Assembly: GCA_025358305.1 (NCBI GenBank) | Contig: JANYJZ010000012.1 | Location: 9,022 to 73,021 of the forward strand | DNA from: Ignavibacteriota bacterium | GTDB lineage: Bacteria; Bacteroidota; Ignavibacteria; UBA10030; SZUA-254 | DNA: 64,000 nt | Direction: 5' to 3' | Shown here: positions 1 to 10,837 of the stretch, one piece after another | How positions within the stretch are numbered: position 1 is the first letter of the stretch | Layout of the letters: every line of letters starts with the position of its first letter | The notes under the pieces: generated by a model | Database searches by the model: none | Told to the model about the DNA's origin: nothing | The model's input: only the letters and a program-made list of their open reading frames with translations | Made by a program: the position numbers and the translations under genes

Positions 1-602
1 ACAACGCTCTCCACCCGGATGTTGCCGCTGGATGTCTTCACGTCGATATCCCCGTCGACCGTATGCACCGCGATATCGCCGCGCGACGTGCTGAACCGGC
101 CGGTTCCCTTGATATCGCCGATCGTGACGCCCCCGCTCGAGGTGGAAAGCTCAACGAACCCTGTCGCGTTGTCAAGCTCGATGGCGCCGTTGGACGTTGA
201 CCCCTCGATCCTTCCGCTGAACGAGCCCAACAGTCGAATATCGCCGTGCGATATGTTCATCGCGGCGTCACAATGCGCCGGTATCTGGATGGTAAAACGG
301 CCCTTGCCCTGCATATTCCCGGCAGGAGTGTATCGTAGTTGGATGAGCGAGCCAGATTTGAAGATGCTCAGACTATCGAGATACTTGTCCTCGATACCCT
401 CGGCGGTAACGGACACCGTATTCTTATCCCACGAGTTGATGATGACGTCCCCCAGACGCACCTTGACCACCAATTTGTCTCCCGGGTCCACGGCAAAACT
501 CTTCGATCGAACATGGGCTCCGGTCACACCCTGTGCAAGACCCGCGATCGACAGAACGACGACCATCATGAATTCGAGGATACACGGGATCCAGCGTTTC
601 AT
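1..602 (-). CDS. DUF4097-like putative adhesin / beta-helix repeat protein, 3' end truncated by window edge
   Basis: The reverse-strand reading begins with ATG at 600-602, immediately after the anti-sigma stop. Translation: MKRWIPCILEFMMVVVLSIAGLAQG..VKVRLGDVIINSWDKNTVSVTAEG..GDIRL..GAIELDNATGFVELSTSSGG. It has a signal-like N-terminus and repeated short beta-strand units typical of DUF4097. These commonly follow ECF sigma/anti-sigma pairs. It is not in the ORF track because it runs off the window edge. Confidence 0.45.
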   Translation of the reverse strand, partial: MKRWIPCILEFMMVVVLSIAGLAQGVTGAHVRSKSFAVDPGDKLVVKVRLGDVIINSWDKNTVSVTAEGIEDKYLDSLSIFKSGSLIQLRYTPAGNMQGKGRFTIQIPAHCDAAMNISHGDIRLLGSFSGRIEGSTSNGAIELDNATGFVELSTSSGGVTIGDIKGTGRFSTSRGDIAVHTVDGDIDVKTSSGNIRVESV

Positions 603-603
603 C

Positions 604-1590
604 TTATTGAATATCCTGCAGGATCTCGCGGGCGCGCTGATTGATGTACTGATTATTGTCATACTTCGCTTCCTTCTCCAATACCTCAATGAGATGCGGT
701 TCCGAGGTCTTCATGTTCGTCGGTGGAAAAAGGGCGTCGATGGCTTCAGCTCTCAGCCCCTCATTGGGATCCTGCCGAAGAACCGAAAGGAGCCCTTCCT
801 TGATTTCTGCGTCCAGAGAGAATTTCTTGAGGGTCAGCAGAGCTTGCCGTCGCACGCCAGGATTATCATCGTACCGCATTGCTTCAACGAGGGCATGCTT
901 GATGCCGAGAGCCGATTCTCCCGGGTCGACGATGCTGATCGGAAGCTGCGACATCATCGCGTTGACGGCCCGCAACCGGACGCCCGGACTGCTTGCGTCG
1001 AGCAAGGCTCTCGCAAGAATGATCTGCATCTGAGGATCGTTCGAGCTTCCCTTCATCTGAATGCGACTGACGGCGTCAAAGGAGAGTTCCATCCTGCCGT
1101 CGCCTTCCTGTTCAGTGGCAAACTGAAGGTTCCTGACCTGAAGCGGACCGCGCAGCATCTGGGCGCTCCCCGACGTCAGCTGAATGAGATCGCCGTCCCG
1201 GCGGGTCTGCAGCTGGCCCGTGAACCATCCTGCGATCAGGCCGATCATGAGAATTGCCGCAGCGCCGAGCGCGATCACTGCCCTCGGACGGCCGATTATT
1301 GTGAAGACCCTGAAGGCTCCCCACGCCTGCCGGTCAAGGATCCGTGCATGTTCCGTCCCCCGGGATACTGCACGGCGGCGGACCGATCGGCGAATCTCCT
1401 GAAACTCGGGCTCGTTGACCTCCGCAGACTGCAGTGAATCGAACCGGCTATGAAATCTCTGGAGATCTTCATACTCCGAACGACACATCTCACATTCCGT
1501 CAAGTGCCGATCCAGCGCGCGCCGCTCAGAAGGATCCAATTCACCATAGAGAGCCAACTGGCTCATCTGTTTGAACCGCTCGTGCTTCAT
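604..1590 (-). CDS. anti-sigma factor, zinc-finger (HxxxCxxC) N-terminus, TM helix, HEAT/ARM-like C-terminal domain
   Basis: Taken from the ORF track (604..1671, minus). The likely start is the internal ATG at 1588-1590 (MKHERFKQMSQLALYGELDPSERRALDRHLTECEMCRSEYEDL), 13 nt after the sigma-factor stop, with an AAGGTGA RBS. It has a predicted TM helix (AILMIGLIAGWFTG) and sits directly downstream of the ECF sigma gene. Confidence 0.6.
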   Translation of the reverse strand: MKHERFKQMSQLALYGELDPSERRALDRHLTECEMCRSEYEDLQRFHSRFDSLQSAEVNEPEFQEIRRSVRRRAVSRGTEHARILDRQAWGAFRVFTIIGRPRAVIALGAAAILMIGLIAGWFTGQLQTRRDGDLIQLTSGSAQMLRGPLQVRNLQFATEQEGDGRMELSFDAVSRIQMKGSSNDPQMQIILARALLDASSPGVRLRAVNAMMSQLPISIVDPGESALGIKHALVEAMRYDDNPGVRRQALLTLKKFSLDAEIKEGLLSVLRQDPNEGLRAEAIDALFPPTNMKTSEPHLIEVLEKEAKYDNNQYINQRAREILQDIQ

Positions 1591-1603
1591 ATCATCACCT
1601 TTC

Positions 1604-2206
1604 TCATCGCATGTACTTTTTGAGATGCTTGCGCATGCGGTTTGTTCCCGTGAACAAATGCCGCTTGACACTGCCTTCGGAACATTTCATCATCTCGGCG
1701 ATCTCCCGTATCTTGTAGCCTTCGAAGTGCCGCAATGTGAACACCATGCGCTGTTGGGGGGACAACAGTGCCATCAGTTGGTGAACATGCGTGAGAGCAT
1801 CGCTATCGATGACGTGTTGATCCGTCCCTTGCTCACGCTGAGAGGACCTCGCAACAACGGTCCGATCAGCGTGATCATGAGGAGGATCATCATCAAGAAG
1901 GATGTCCGACCGACGATTCTGCAGCTTCAGCTGAGAGAGGCAGACGTTCACCGTGATGCGGTGGACCCACGTCGAGAACTTGCTGCGAGACTGAAAATCA
2001 GATATCCCACGGTATGACCGCATAAAGACCTCTTGATAGACGTCTTTCGCATCATCAGAATTCTGCATATAACTGAGTGCAATGGCGAAGACCTGCCTCT
2101 CGCATTCCTGGAAGAGTTGGCTGAATGCCGCCATGCTTCCGAGGGCGGCTTGTTGAATCAATTCCGCCTCCGTTTGGTCGAGAGGCGGCTTCCTCGAATT
2201 TATCAT
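1604..2206 (-). CDS. ECF-family RNA polymerase sigma factor (sigma-70 regions 2 and 4)
   Basis: ORF track protein of 200 aa with region-2-like FSQLF..VFAIALSYMQNSDDAKDVYQEVFMRSYR and region-4 HTH (LSPQQRMVFTLRHFEGYKIREIAEMMKCSEGSVKRHL). Confidence 0.85.
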   Translation of the reverse strand: MINSRKPPLDQTEAELIQQAALGSMAAFSQLFQECERQVFAIALSYMQNSDDAKDVYQEVFMRSYRGISDFQSRSKFSTWVHRITVNVCLSQLKLQNRRSDILLDDDPPHDHADRTVVARSSQREQGTDQHVIDSDALTHVHQLMALLSPQQRMVFTLRHFEGYKIREIAEMMKCSEGSVKRHLFTGTNRMRKHLKKYMR

Positions 2207-2765
2207 CCGTTGTTGGACATTTCAGGTGGGCAAATGGTTGAGGGCCAGGCGTCTCAAACGGAGATTCATGTTCGAGAGTTGCAACACTCTACTCCCGGAG
2301 GTTCACGCGGAAAGCGCAATAATCGCTCATTTCTGCTCATATGATGTGCCGGTTGAGGATGGCGCTCCCCCTCACCCCTCACACGCTGGCTCCGTTGGAT
2401 GTTACCTGATCGTTGCCGAGAAAAATGACGATTCTTTGGCAAGAGGTACAGTCTTGGGAGAGTTCGGTACTTCTCCTACGGGGTCACCGATGAGGGAGTT
2501 GCGTTGACCGGCACGGAGAGATCGTCCTATCGCAGGCCGAGGACACTTCTCCGGTTCGGTCTCTGGTCGCCTCCTCCGTTTCGACATTCAGAATCGGCTG
2601 CATGGCGGGGTTGGAGAGGATTCATCACGAGGTGTGTCTACGGCAGCGCAGGCCTCACGAAGCACCCGGTCGGATCAGGGGAAACGCGACTGGTCCGTGG
2701 AAGCCCGCGAAGGGACCCGCTGACGGTCTCCTTCCCCCAATGTGACCTGCACCGACGACGCAGCT

Positions 2766-5135
2766 TCACTCGTACCGGACGGAATCGACGGGATTGGCGA
2801 GCGCCGCCCTCACCGCATGGAGGCCGACGGTGAGGCAGGCAAGAACCACCGCCAGGAGCCCGGCGATGAAGAAATCGGCGACCCCGATATCGATCTTATA
2901 GGCGAAGCTCTGGAGCCATTTCGACATCATGTAGTAGGCGAGCGGCCAGGCGATGAGGTTGGCAAGGAGAACAAGTTTCAACAGATCCTTCGTCAGGAGC
3001 GTGACGATGCCGCCGATGGAGGCGCCCAGCACTTTGCGGATCCCGATCTCCTTCGTGCGCTGCACGACCGACTGCGACACGAGGCCCAGGAGGCCCAGGC
3101 ACGCGATGAAGACGCCGACAATGGTGAACCCGAGGACGATGGACCGAAGCCTCGTCTCGGCGATATAGAGGTTCCGGAAGCTCTCATCGAGGAAGTAGTA
3201 GTCGAACGGACGGCCCGGGGAGACGCGCTTCCACGTCTCCTCGACGAGCTTCAGCGCTTCGCGCTTGTCCCCGTGAGCGAGCCGCACCGAAATGTACTTG
3301 AAGAACGAGGGGTTCGGGTTGAGGTGTACAACGAGCGGCTCGATCTCAGAGTGAAGCGACGCGTAGTTGAAGTCCTTCACCACGCCGACCACCTCTCCCC
3401 CCCGCTTCAGCGACGGAAAATCGATATGCTTGCCCACCGGCGCATCCCAACCGAAGAGCGCCGCGGCCTTCTGATTGATCATGAACGCTCCGGACGTGTC
3501 CGAGGGATGGTCCCGGGAGAAGCTCCTCCCCTGCGCGATCTCGAACCCGAACACTTCCGCAAAATCCAGGTCCGCCAGTATCGTGCGGGGACCGTACGAC
3601 TTCTCGTGCGTCCCCTGGGGCTCCACCTCGGCGATGACGATCCTCTCACCCGGCACGCCCAAGGACGCCGTGACCGCCGCAATGGCGTGCTGCTTCAAGA
3701 GCTCCGATTTCAATGAGGTGTAGCGGTCCGCCGTGATGCCGCTGATCGGCATGACGAGGACCTGTTCGGTGTCGAGCCCCAGGTTTCTGGTCTGGATGAA
3801 GTCAAGCTGCCGTGATATCAGGAGCGACCCGATGATGAGTCCGATGGAGATCGTAAATTGAAGAACGACGAGCCCTTTGCGGAGGAGCGAGGCGGCCGAC
3901 GAGGGGGATTCCGCGCTGTAGCCGGAGCGCATGATCCGCACCGGACGGAACCGGGAGAGATAGAAGGCGGGATAGCTCCCCGCGCCGAGACCGACGACGA
4001 GGCTCACGCCGAGCACCGCCAGGAGCGGCAAGATCGTCCCGCCGCCGAAGAGCGACGCGTTGATGCCGGCGACCGCGTTGAACTCCGGCAGCATGAGCTC
4101 CACGAGTCCCACGGCGCAGAGCGAGGCAAGGAACGCGCTCAGGACCGACTCGCCGATGAACTGGGCGACGAGCTGCCCCTTGCGGGCGCCGAACGTCTTG
4201 CGCATCGCCACCTCACGGGCGCGCCGCATGGAACGGGCCGTCGAAAGGTTCACAAAATTAATGACCGCCAGGAAGAGAATGAAGAGCGCGACCGTCGAGA
4301 GGATATAGACGTACCGGATGCTCCCCTGTGGCTCGATCTCCTTCTCGCATTCGGAGTAGAGATGGATGTCGGCAAGCGGCCGGAGAGAGACCGCCAGGGA
4401 CGACGTATCGGGCGTCTGGGTCCGAAGCCTCATGATCTTCTCGATCGCGCCGGACATCGCGCCGAGATCGGCCCCGGGCCGCGCGAGAAGATACGTGTAC
4501 GCCAGCGACGCAGTCCACTGCATCTTTTCATCGACTTGGGCAATGGGGAACGAACTGAACGAGCCGAGAAAATCGAACGTGAAGTGGGACTGCGCCGGGA
4601 CGTTTTCCACGACGCCGGTGATCGTATAGTCGGCCGACCGGCCGGTCTGAACCTTCAGCGTCTTTCCGATAGGGTTCTCGCGGCCGAAGTACTTCTCCGC
4701 CATCGCCTGGGTCAGGACGAGGCTGTTCGGCGCTGTGAGGCACTTCTCCGGGTCGCCGGCAAGGAGTCTGTAGTGAAAGACCCGAAAGAGCGTCGAATCG
4801 GCGAAGAAGAACCGCTTCTCGGTGAACATCTGCTGTTCGTTCCCGATGAGCGCCCGGCTCACGCGGTTGAACCGGACGGCCTCCTCCACGTCGGGACGCG
4901 TCGAATTGAGAAACGGCGCGATCGCGAGCGGCGTCGCCGCCCAGTTGTCGACCTCGACGCGGTAGATCCGCCCCGCGTTCGGATCCTGGCGGTCGTAGCC
5001 CAGCTCGTAGAGCACGAAGAGCGAGATGAGGATGCAGCAGGCGATGCCGACCGCAAGTCCGGAGATCGTAATGAGCGAGTAGCCCCTGTGCTTCACGAGG
5101 TTGCGAAGGGCGATGTTGAAGTAGCTGCGAAACAT
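2766..5135 (-). CDS. ABC transporter permease, duplicated FtsX/MacB-type (paralog 1 of 3)
   Basis: ORF 2766..5183. Start set to the ATG at 5133-5135 (MFRSYFNIALRNLVKHRGYS), preceded by an AGGAGA RBS. The roughly 790 aa protein has an N-terminal TM, a periplasmic domain, four TM segments, and then the same module repeated. Its C-terminus is the FtsX-type ...PVDSVRYE. Confidence 0.85.
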   Translation of the reverse strand: MFRSYFNIALRNLVKHRGYSLITISGLAVGIACCILISLFVLYELGYDRQDPNAGRIYRVEVDNWAATPLAIAPFLNSTRPDVEEAVRFNRVSRALIGNEQQMFTEKRFFFADSTLFRVFHYRLLAGDPEKCLTAPNSLVLTQAMAEKYFGRENPIGKTLKVQTGRSADYTITGVVENVPAQSHFTFDFLGSFSSFPIAQVDEKMQWTASLAYTYLLARPGADLGAMSGAIEKIMRLRTQTPDTSSLAVSLRPLADIHLYSECEKEIEPQGSIRYVYILSTVALFILFLAVINFVNLSTARSMRRAREVAMRKTFGARKGQLVAQFIGESVLSAFLASLCAVGLVELMLPEFNAVAGINASLFGGGTILPLLAVLGVSLVVGLGAGSYPAFYLSRFRPVRIMRSGYSAESPSSAASLLRKGLVVLQFTISIGLIIGSLLISRQLDFIQTRNLGLDTEQVLVMPISGITADRYTSLKSELLKQHAIAAVTASLGVPGERIVIAEVEPQGTHEKSYGPRTILADLDFAEVFGFEIAQGRSFSRDHPSDTSGAFMINQKAAALFGWDAPVGKHIDFPSLKRGGEVVGVVKDFNYASLHSEIEPLVVHLNPNPSFFKYISVRLAHGDKREALKLVEETWKRVSPGRPFDYYFLDESFRNLYIAETRLRSIVLGFTIVGVFIACLGLLGLVSQSVVQRTKEIGIRKVLGASIGGIVTLLTKDLLKLVLLANLIAWPLAYYMMSKWLQSFAYKIDIGVADFFIAGLLAVVLACLTVGLHAVRAALANPVDSVRYE

Positions 5136-5201
5136 GGACGAGTCTCCTATCGGTAACTGTGTAATTGCGGGTGGTGCAACCAACCCCGCGTCTGCACGGC
5201 G

Positions 5202-7598
5202 CTATTCATATCGTAGCGATTCGACGGGATTGGCAAGGGCGGCCTTGACGGTCTGGACGCCCACGGTAAGCCACGCCGTACAGACGACCACCCCTCCGGC
5301 GAAGAGAAAGACGCCGGGATCGACCGGCTGATGATAGGCGAAGTTCTCCAGCCACGCGTTCATCGCGAAGTACGCGATCGGGACGGCGGCGCAGAACGAG
5401 AGGGCCACGAGCCAGGCGAAGTCCCTCGTCAGCATGAGGACGATATCGGGGACCGACGCCCCGAGGACCTTCCGGATGCCGATCTCCTTCGTGCGCTGCT
5501 CCGTCGTGAAGGAGATGAGGCCCAGAAGCCCGAGGCACGACAGGAGGATGGTCAATCCGGAGAAGACCCCGAAGACCTTCAACAGACGCGTCTCGGCACC
5601 GTACTGCGCTTCGACCTGCTGGTCCAGGAACGTGAAATCCAGCGGGTGGTTCGGGTCGAACCCCTTCCACTCCGACCGGAGAACGTCCAATGCCTGGTCC
5701 ATGCGGTCCGGGTTCGCGCGCATCATGAGAAAATCCTTCCCTTCCGGGCTCATCTGGAAAATGGCGGGCGCGATCTCCTCGTAGAGCGGCCGGAAATGGA
5801 AGTCCTTGATCACGCCCACGATGGTCAATTGCCGCCCGTCGTCAGGGCCCATGAACCACTCGAGCGACGCTCCGATCGCCGATTGCGGACTTAGCCACCC
5901 GAACCGGCGCACCGCGGCCTCGTTCACGACGATCGATCGAGTAGAGTCGCTCGGGAACTCGGGCGAAAAGAACCTCCCCGCGGCGAGCGTCATGCCGAGC
6001 GCGCCGGGGAAGTCATAATCGGTATGATAGGTATAGATATCCTGCTCGTTTTGTGTGTCCGCGCGCCGTGCGACCGCGATGCGCGACGCCGGATCGGCCG
6101 GCGTCCCGGAGGCGCAGGTCACGCTCCGTATCTCGGAGTGCCGCAGGAGCTCGGTCTTCAGGGTGTTGCAGTTCTCGCGGTCGTCGTCGGTCTTCAAGTG
6201 CACGACAAGGAGCTGCTCCTTGTCGAATCCGAGCCTCTTGTTCCGGATGAACTCCATCTGGGCGCTCACGATCGACGTGCAGGAAAGAAGGACGATCGAG
6301 AGCGTGAACTGCCCCACCACCAGCACCTGGCGAAGCCTGAGGCCCCGCGGTCCGCTCTTCGTGCCCCCTTTGAGGACGTCCGCCGGCTGGAACCGGGAGA
6401 GGACGAAGGCGGGATAGCTTCCCGCTCCGACGCCGACCAGGAGGGCAAGCGCGAAGAAGCCCGCCGCCACCGTCCAATCCTCGCCGAAACGAAGGGAGAG
6501 GTCCTTCTGCGCGAGTTCATTGAACGCCGGCAGCGCAAATTCGATCAGCGCGATCGCCACGCACGCGGCCGCAAGGGAAAGCAGCAGCGACTCGGCCAGG
6601 AACTGGAAGATGAGGTGGTGGCGCAACCCTCCCATGACCTTCCGGATCCCGACCTCCATCGCGCGCATCTGCGATCGCGCCGTCGCCAGGTTCATGAAAT
6701 TAAAGCAGGCCACCAGGAGAATGCCGCACGCAAGCGCCGACAGGAGATACATGTAGGCGACCGGACCGAGCTTCCCGACCGACTCACGCGCGTCGGCATG
6801 AAAGTGGATGTCGGCCAGCGGCTCCAGTCCCATCGAGATGCTCGGGAAATCCGACGGCGCGTCGGCGTAGTGCTTCTCGACGAACCCTGGCAGGCGGGCC
6901 TGGAGCGCTCCGAGCGACGCGTCCTTCTTCAGAAGGACGTACGTCGGATAGCTGAAAAAGAACCAGTTGGTGAGCCGCTGCGGGCCGAGGTCGGCGAAGG
7001 GGAGGATGAAGTCGGGCCTGAGGTGCGAGTTTGACGGGATATGTTTCAGTACGCCGGTCACCTGATAGTCGGCCGCTCCCCGCTCGATCCTGAGCGTCTT
7101 GCCCAGGGGATCCTCGTCGCCGAAGTACTTTTTCGCCATCTCCGCGCTTACGAGCACCGACTGCGGCGAACCAAGGGCAGTCGCGGGGTTCCCCTCCTGG
7201 AAGGGAAAGTCGAAGATCTCAAAGAGGCTCGGATCGGCGTAGTAGACTCCCGGTTCATAGAAGAGCTTGTCCCCCTGCCGGACGAGGATCGACGTCCAGG
7301 GCTCTGCGACGCGGGCGGTATTTTCGATCTCCGGCGACTCCGCGGCGAGTGCCGGACCCATCGGCGCGGCCGAGCGCGCGATCGGCGTCTCCTCCCCGCT
7401 GCGCCTGATCGTCAGCGCAAGGCGGTAGATCCGGTCGGCGTTCCGATGGAAGCGGTCATAGCTCACTTCCTGGCGGACGTAGAGGAGAATGAGCGCGGCG
7501 CACGCCATCCCGACCGCCAGGCCGGCGACATTGATGATCGTGTAGCCCTTTTGGCGGCGCAGATTGCGAAGGGCGACCTTGAGGAAACTCGTGAGCAT
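5202..7598 (-). CDS. ABC transporter permease, duplicated FtsX/MacB-type (paralog 2 of 3)
   Basis: ORF track protein of 798 aa. The N-terminus (MLTSFLKVALRNLRRQKGYT) parallels paralog 1, and the C-terminus is ...ANPVESLRYE. Confidence 0.85.
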   Translation of the reverse strand: MLTSFLKVALRNLRRQKGYTIINVAGLAVGMACAALILLYVRQEVSYDRFHRNADRIYRLALTIRRSGEETPIARSAAPMGPALAAESPEIENTARVAEPWTSILVRQGDKLFYEPGVYYADPSLFEIFDFPFQEGNPATALGSPQSVLVSAEMAKKYFGDEDPLGKTLRIERGAADYQVTGVLKHIPSNSHLRPDFILPFADLGPQRLTNWFFFSYPTYVLLKKDASLGALQARLPGFVEKHYADAPSDFPSISMGLEPLADIHFHADARESVGKLGPVAYMYLLSALACGILLVACFNFMNLATARSQMRAMEVGIRKVMGGLRHHLIFQFLAESLLLSLAAACVAIALIEFALPAFNELAQKDLSLRFGEDWTVAAGFFALALLVGVGAGSYPAFVLSRFQPADVLKGGTKSGPRGLRLRQVLVVGQFTLSIVLLSCTSIVSAQMEFIRNKRLGFDKEQLLVVHLKTDDDRENCNTLKTELLRHSEIRSVTCASGTPADPASRIAVARRADTQNEQDIYTYHTDYDFPGALGMTLAAGRFFSPEFPSDSTRSIVVNEAAVRRFGWLSPQSAIGASLEWFMGPDDGRQLTIVGVIKDFHFRPLYEEIAPAIFQMSPEGKDFLMMRANPDRMDQALDVLRSEWKGFDPNHPLDFTFLDQQVEAQYGAETRLLKVFGVFSGLTILLSCLGLLGLISFTTEQRTKEIGIRKVLGASVPDIVLMLTRDFAWLVALSFCAAVPIAYFAMNAWLENFAYHQPVDPGVFLFAGGVVVCTAWLTVGVQTVKAALANPVESLRYE

Positions 7599-7665
7599 CT
7601 CTTATCCTTTTGCTGAAGCAGTACACAATGTCATTCTCACCGCGCGCCGGTCGGCTGCGGAGGGG

Positions 7666-10038
7666 CTACTCATACCGAAGCGCTTCGACCGGATTCGAGG
7701 TCGCCGCCCGGAACGACTGCACGCCGACCGCGGCAAGCGCCGCAACGAGCGCCGCGGCGCCTGCCACGAGGAACGCCCACCAGGGCAGAGTCGTGCGGTA
7801 GGCGAAATTTTCCAGCCAGGCGTTCATGACGTACGCGGCGACCGGCCAGGCGAAGAGGTTCGCGAGCATGATCAGCCCGACGTACTCCCGCGAGAGCATG
7901 CCGATGATCCCCGCTACCGACGCGCCCAGGACCTTCCGGATCCCGATCTCCTTCGTCCGCTGGCGCACGGAGAGGGTCACGAGGCTCAGAAGGCCCATCG
8001 AGGCGATGAGGATCGCGACGAGCGAGGCCCAGCCGAGCATCGACCGGAATTGCTCCTCCCTCCTGTACGCCCGGTCGAACGTCTCGTCCAGAAAGAAGTA
8101 GTTGAACGGTGAGGAGGGCATGACCCTCGCCCAGACCTCCCTGATGGCGCCGAGTTGCGCCCGCATGTCCCCCGCCCGCACCCTGATCGAGACATCCTGG
8201 AAGCGGTCGAGCCAGGCCCGGTTCGTGATGATGAGCGGCTCGATCTTGTCGTGAAGCGTGGCGTAGTGAAAGTCCTTCACGACGCCGATCACAACGTGGT
8301 CGCCGTTCCGGCGGATCGTCTTGCCGACCGGATCTTTCCAATGCAGCTCCCGGGCCAGCGTCTCGTTGATGAGATATCCGTCCTTTTCGGCCGCGGACGC
8401 GCCGGTGAACGAGCGCCCCTGCGACATCGCGATCGCGTATGTCGACAGGAACGCCTCGTCCGCGTCGACGACGTGGATCATCATCGGGGAGAGGCTTCCC
8501 TGCGGGAAGTAGCCGTTGCTCGTGAACCCGTCGTGGGGCACATCGGAGGACGCGCAGACCGAGACGACCCCGGGGAGCTGCGCCAGCGCCGACTTGAGGG
8601 GTCCGTACCGCCCCTGGGCCTCGCCGCCGACGAGCGGAAGGACGAGGAGGTTGCTCCTGTCGAACCCGAGGTCCTTCGACCGTACGAACTCGAGCTGCCG
8701 TCCGATGACGATCGTGCCGATCACGAGCCCAATCGAGATGGCGAACTGGAGGACGACGAGGATGTTCCGGGATGTCCGCTTGAACGAGGCGGTCCCCCCT
8801 TTGAGCGTCCGCACGGCGTCCATCGACGAGAGGTAGAGGGCCGGATAGAGGCCGCTCGAGAGCGACACGACGAGAGAGATGCCAAAGAGGGTCCCGAGCA
8901 TCGGGACCGTCAGCCAAGAGCCCGGCGAGAGATCCCTCCCGGTGAGTTCGCCGAACGCGCCGGAGAGGAGTTCCAGCAGGAGGAGCGCAAGGGCGACGGC
9001 GATGCCGGAGAGAAGGAACGACTCGCCGAGGAACTGTGCGATGAGGCTCCACCTGCCCGCCCCAAGGACCTTCCGGATCCCGACCTCCCTCGAACGGGGG
9101 ACCGCCTGGGCGACCGCCAGGTTGACGAAGTTCACGCAGGCGATGAACAGGATGAGGAGGGCGATCGCGCCGAAGATGTAGAGGTCGCCGCGCAACGAGG
9201 CTGAATCCGCGTTGTAGCGGAGGTGGACCTCTTTGAGCGGCTGGAGATACGGCTCGTAGGAGACGCCGATGCCGGAGAGTTGTTTGTTGATGCTCTTCCA
9301 CATGAGATCGGGGAAGCGCCGTTCGACGGCCTCAGGCTGGGTGTGCTCGGCGAGAAGGACGTACGTGATGTACTGGTTCCCGCCGTTCCAGTCGAGAAAG
9401 AGGTCCGGCAGCCGGTAGAGCGTCGAGAACGAGACGAGCGCCTCGAACTGGATCTGCGAGTTGGCCGGAGGGGGATCCACCACGCCGGTCACCGTATAGG
9501 GGTTCTCGTTGTCGAGTTTCACGACCTGGCCCACCGGGTCGCTCCCGCCGAAAAGCCTGCCGGCGAGATCCCTCGTCAGGACGATCGAGAACGGCCGGGC
9601 AAGCGCGGTCCTCGCGTCGCCGCGAGCGAGGCTGAAGGAGAAGAGATCGAAGAGCGTCGAATCGACGAACGCGATCCCTTCGACCTTGAGCGCTTCGACG
9701 CTCGTGCGCGAGACGTAGGCCGGCCGGAGCGTCGAGAGTCTCGCGTAGTTCTCCACCTCCGGGAACTCCGCTTTCATCGCCGGACCGAGCGGGGGTGTGA
9801 ACTCGGGGTTGTCCCCCGTGACCGCGCCCCGTTCCTTCGATTGGACCGACACGCGGTAGAGCCGGTCCGCCTTGGCGTGGAACCCGTCGTAGCTCAGTTC
9901 AAACTGGATATAGAGGACGATGAGAAATGCGATCGCCAGGCCGACGGAGAGCCCGGCGACGTTCGTGACCGCATAGCCCGTGCGGTTCCGCAAGGAGCGC
10001 ACCGCGGTGCGAACGAAGGGTCCGATCTGCCAGTTCAC
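7666..10038 (-). CDS. ABC transporter permease, duplicated FtsX/MacB-type (paralog 3 of 3)
   Basis: ORF track protein of 790 aa with a GTG start. FVRTAVRSLRNRTGYAV parallels the other two paralogs, and the C-terminus is ...SNPVEALRYE. Confidence 0.8.
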   Translation of the reverse strand: MNWQIGPFVRTAVRSLRNRTGYAVTNVAGLSVGLAIAFLIVLYIQFELSYDGFHAKADRLYRVSVQSKERGAVTGDNPEFTPPLGPAMKAEFPEVENYARLSTLRPAYVSRTSVEALKVEGIAFVDSTLFDLFSFSLARGDARTALARPFSIVLTRDLAGRLFGGSDPVGQVVKLDNENPYTVTGVVDPPPANSQIQFEALVSFSTLYRLPDLFLDWNGGNQYITYVLLAEHTQPEAVERRFPDLMWKSINKQLSGIGVSYEPYLQPLKEVHLRYNADSASLRGDLYIFGAIALLILFIACVNFVNLAVAQAVPRSREVGIRKVLGAGRWSLIAQFLGESFLLSGIAVALALLLLELLSGAFGELTGRDLSPGSWLTVPMLGTLFGISLVVSLSSGLYPALYLSSMDAVRTLKGGTASFKRTSRNILVVLQFAISIGLVIGTIVIGRQLEFVRSKDLGFDRSNLLVLPLVGGEAQGRYGPLKSALAQLPGVVSVCASSDVPHDGFTSNGYFPQGSLSPMMIHVVDADEAFLSTYAIAMSQGRSFTGASAAEKDGYLINETLARELHWKDPVGKTIRRNGDHVVIGVVKDFHYATLHDKIEPLIITNRAWLDRFQDVSIRVRAGDMRAQLGAIREVWARVMPSSPFNYFFLDETFDRAYRREEQFRSMLGWASLVAILIASMGLLSLVTLSVRQRTKEIGIRKVLGASVAGIIGMLSREYVGLIMLANLFAWPVAAYVMNAWLENFAYRTTLPWWAFLVAGAAALVAALAAVGVQSFRAATSNPVEALRYE

Positions 10039-10096
10039 CGGCGCCCCGGCGTTGTCCTCGGCATGCGCGATCGCCCGCGCGTGCGGCGGCCCCCGG

Positions 10097-10786
<690 letters not shown>

Positions 10787-10837
10787 CTATCGCTCCTTGA
10801 GAGTGTATGGTGTGGCGGCGGGTCCGCGGGGGCCGAA

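Noticed and set aside
19-1437. 472-aa plus-strand ORF
   Set aside because: It is antisense to the anti-sigma and DUF4097 genes and has a low-complexity Pro/Ser/Arg-rich translation typical of an out-of-frame high-GC artefact. The minus-strand genes have clear domain signatures.
7670-9301. 543-aa minus-strand ORF (and 8155..9204 +, 9223..10119 +)
   Set aside because: These are alternative-frame or antisense overlaps of FtsX permease paralog 3. The Arg/Pro/Gly-rich translations have no motifs.
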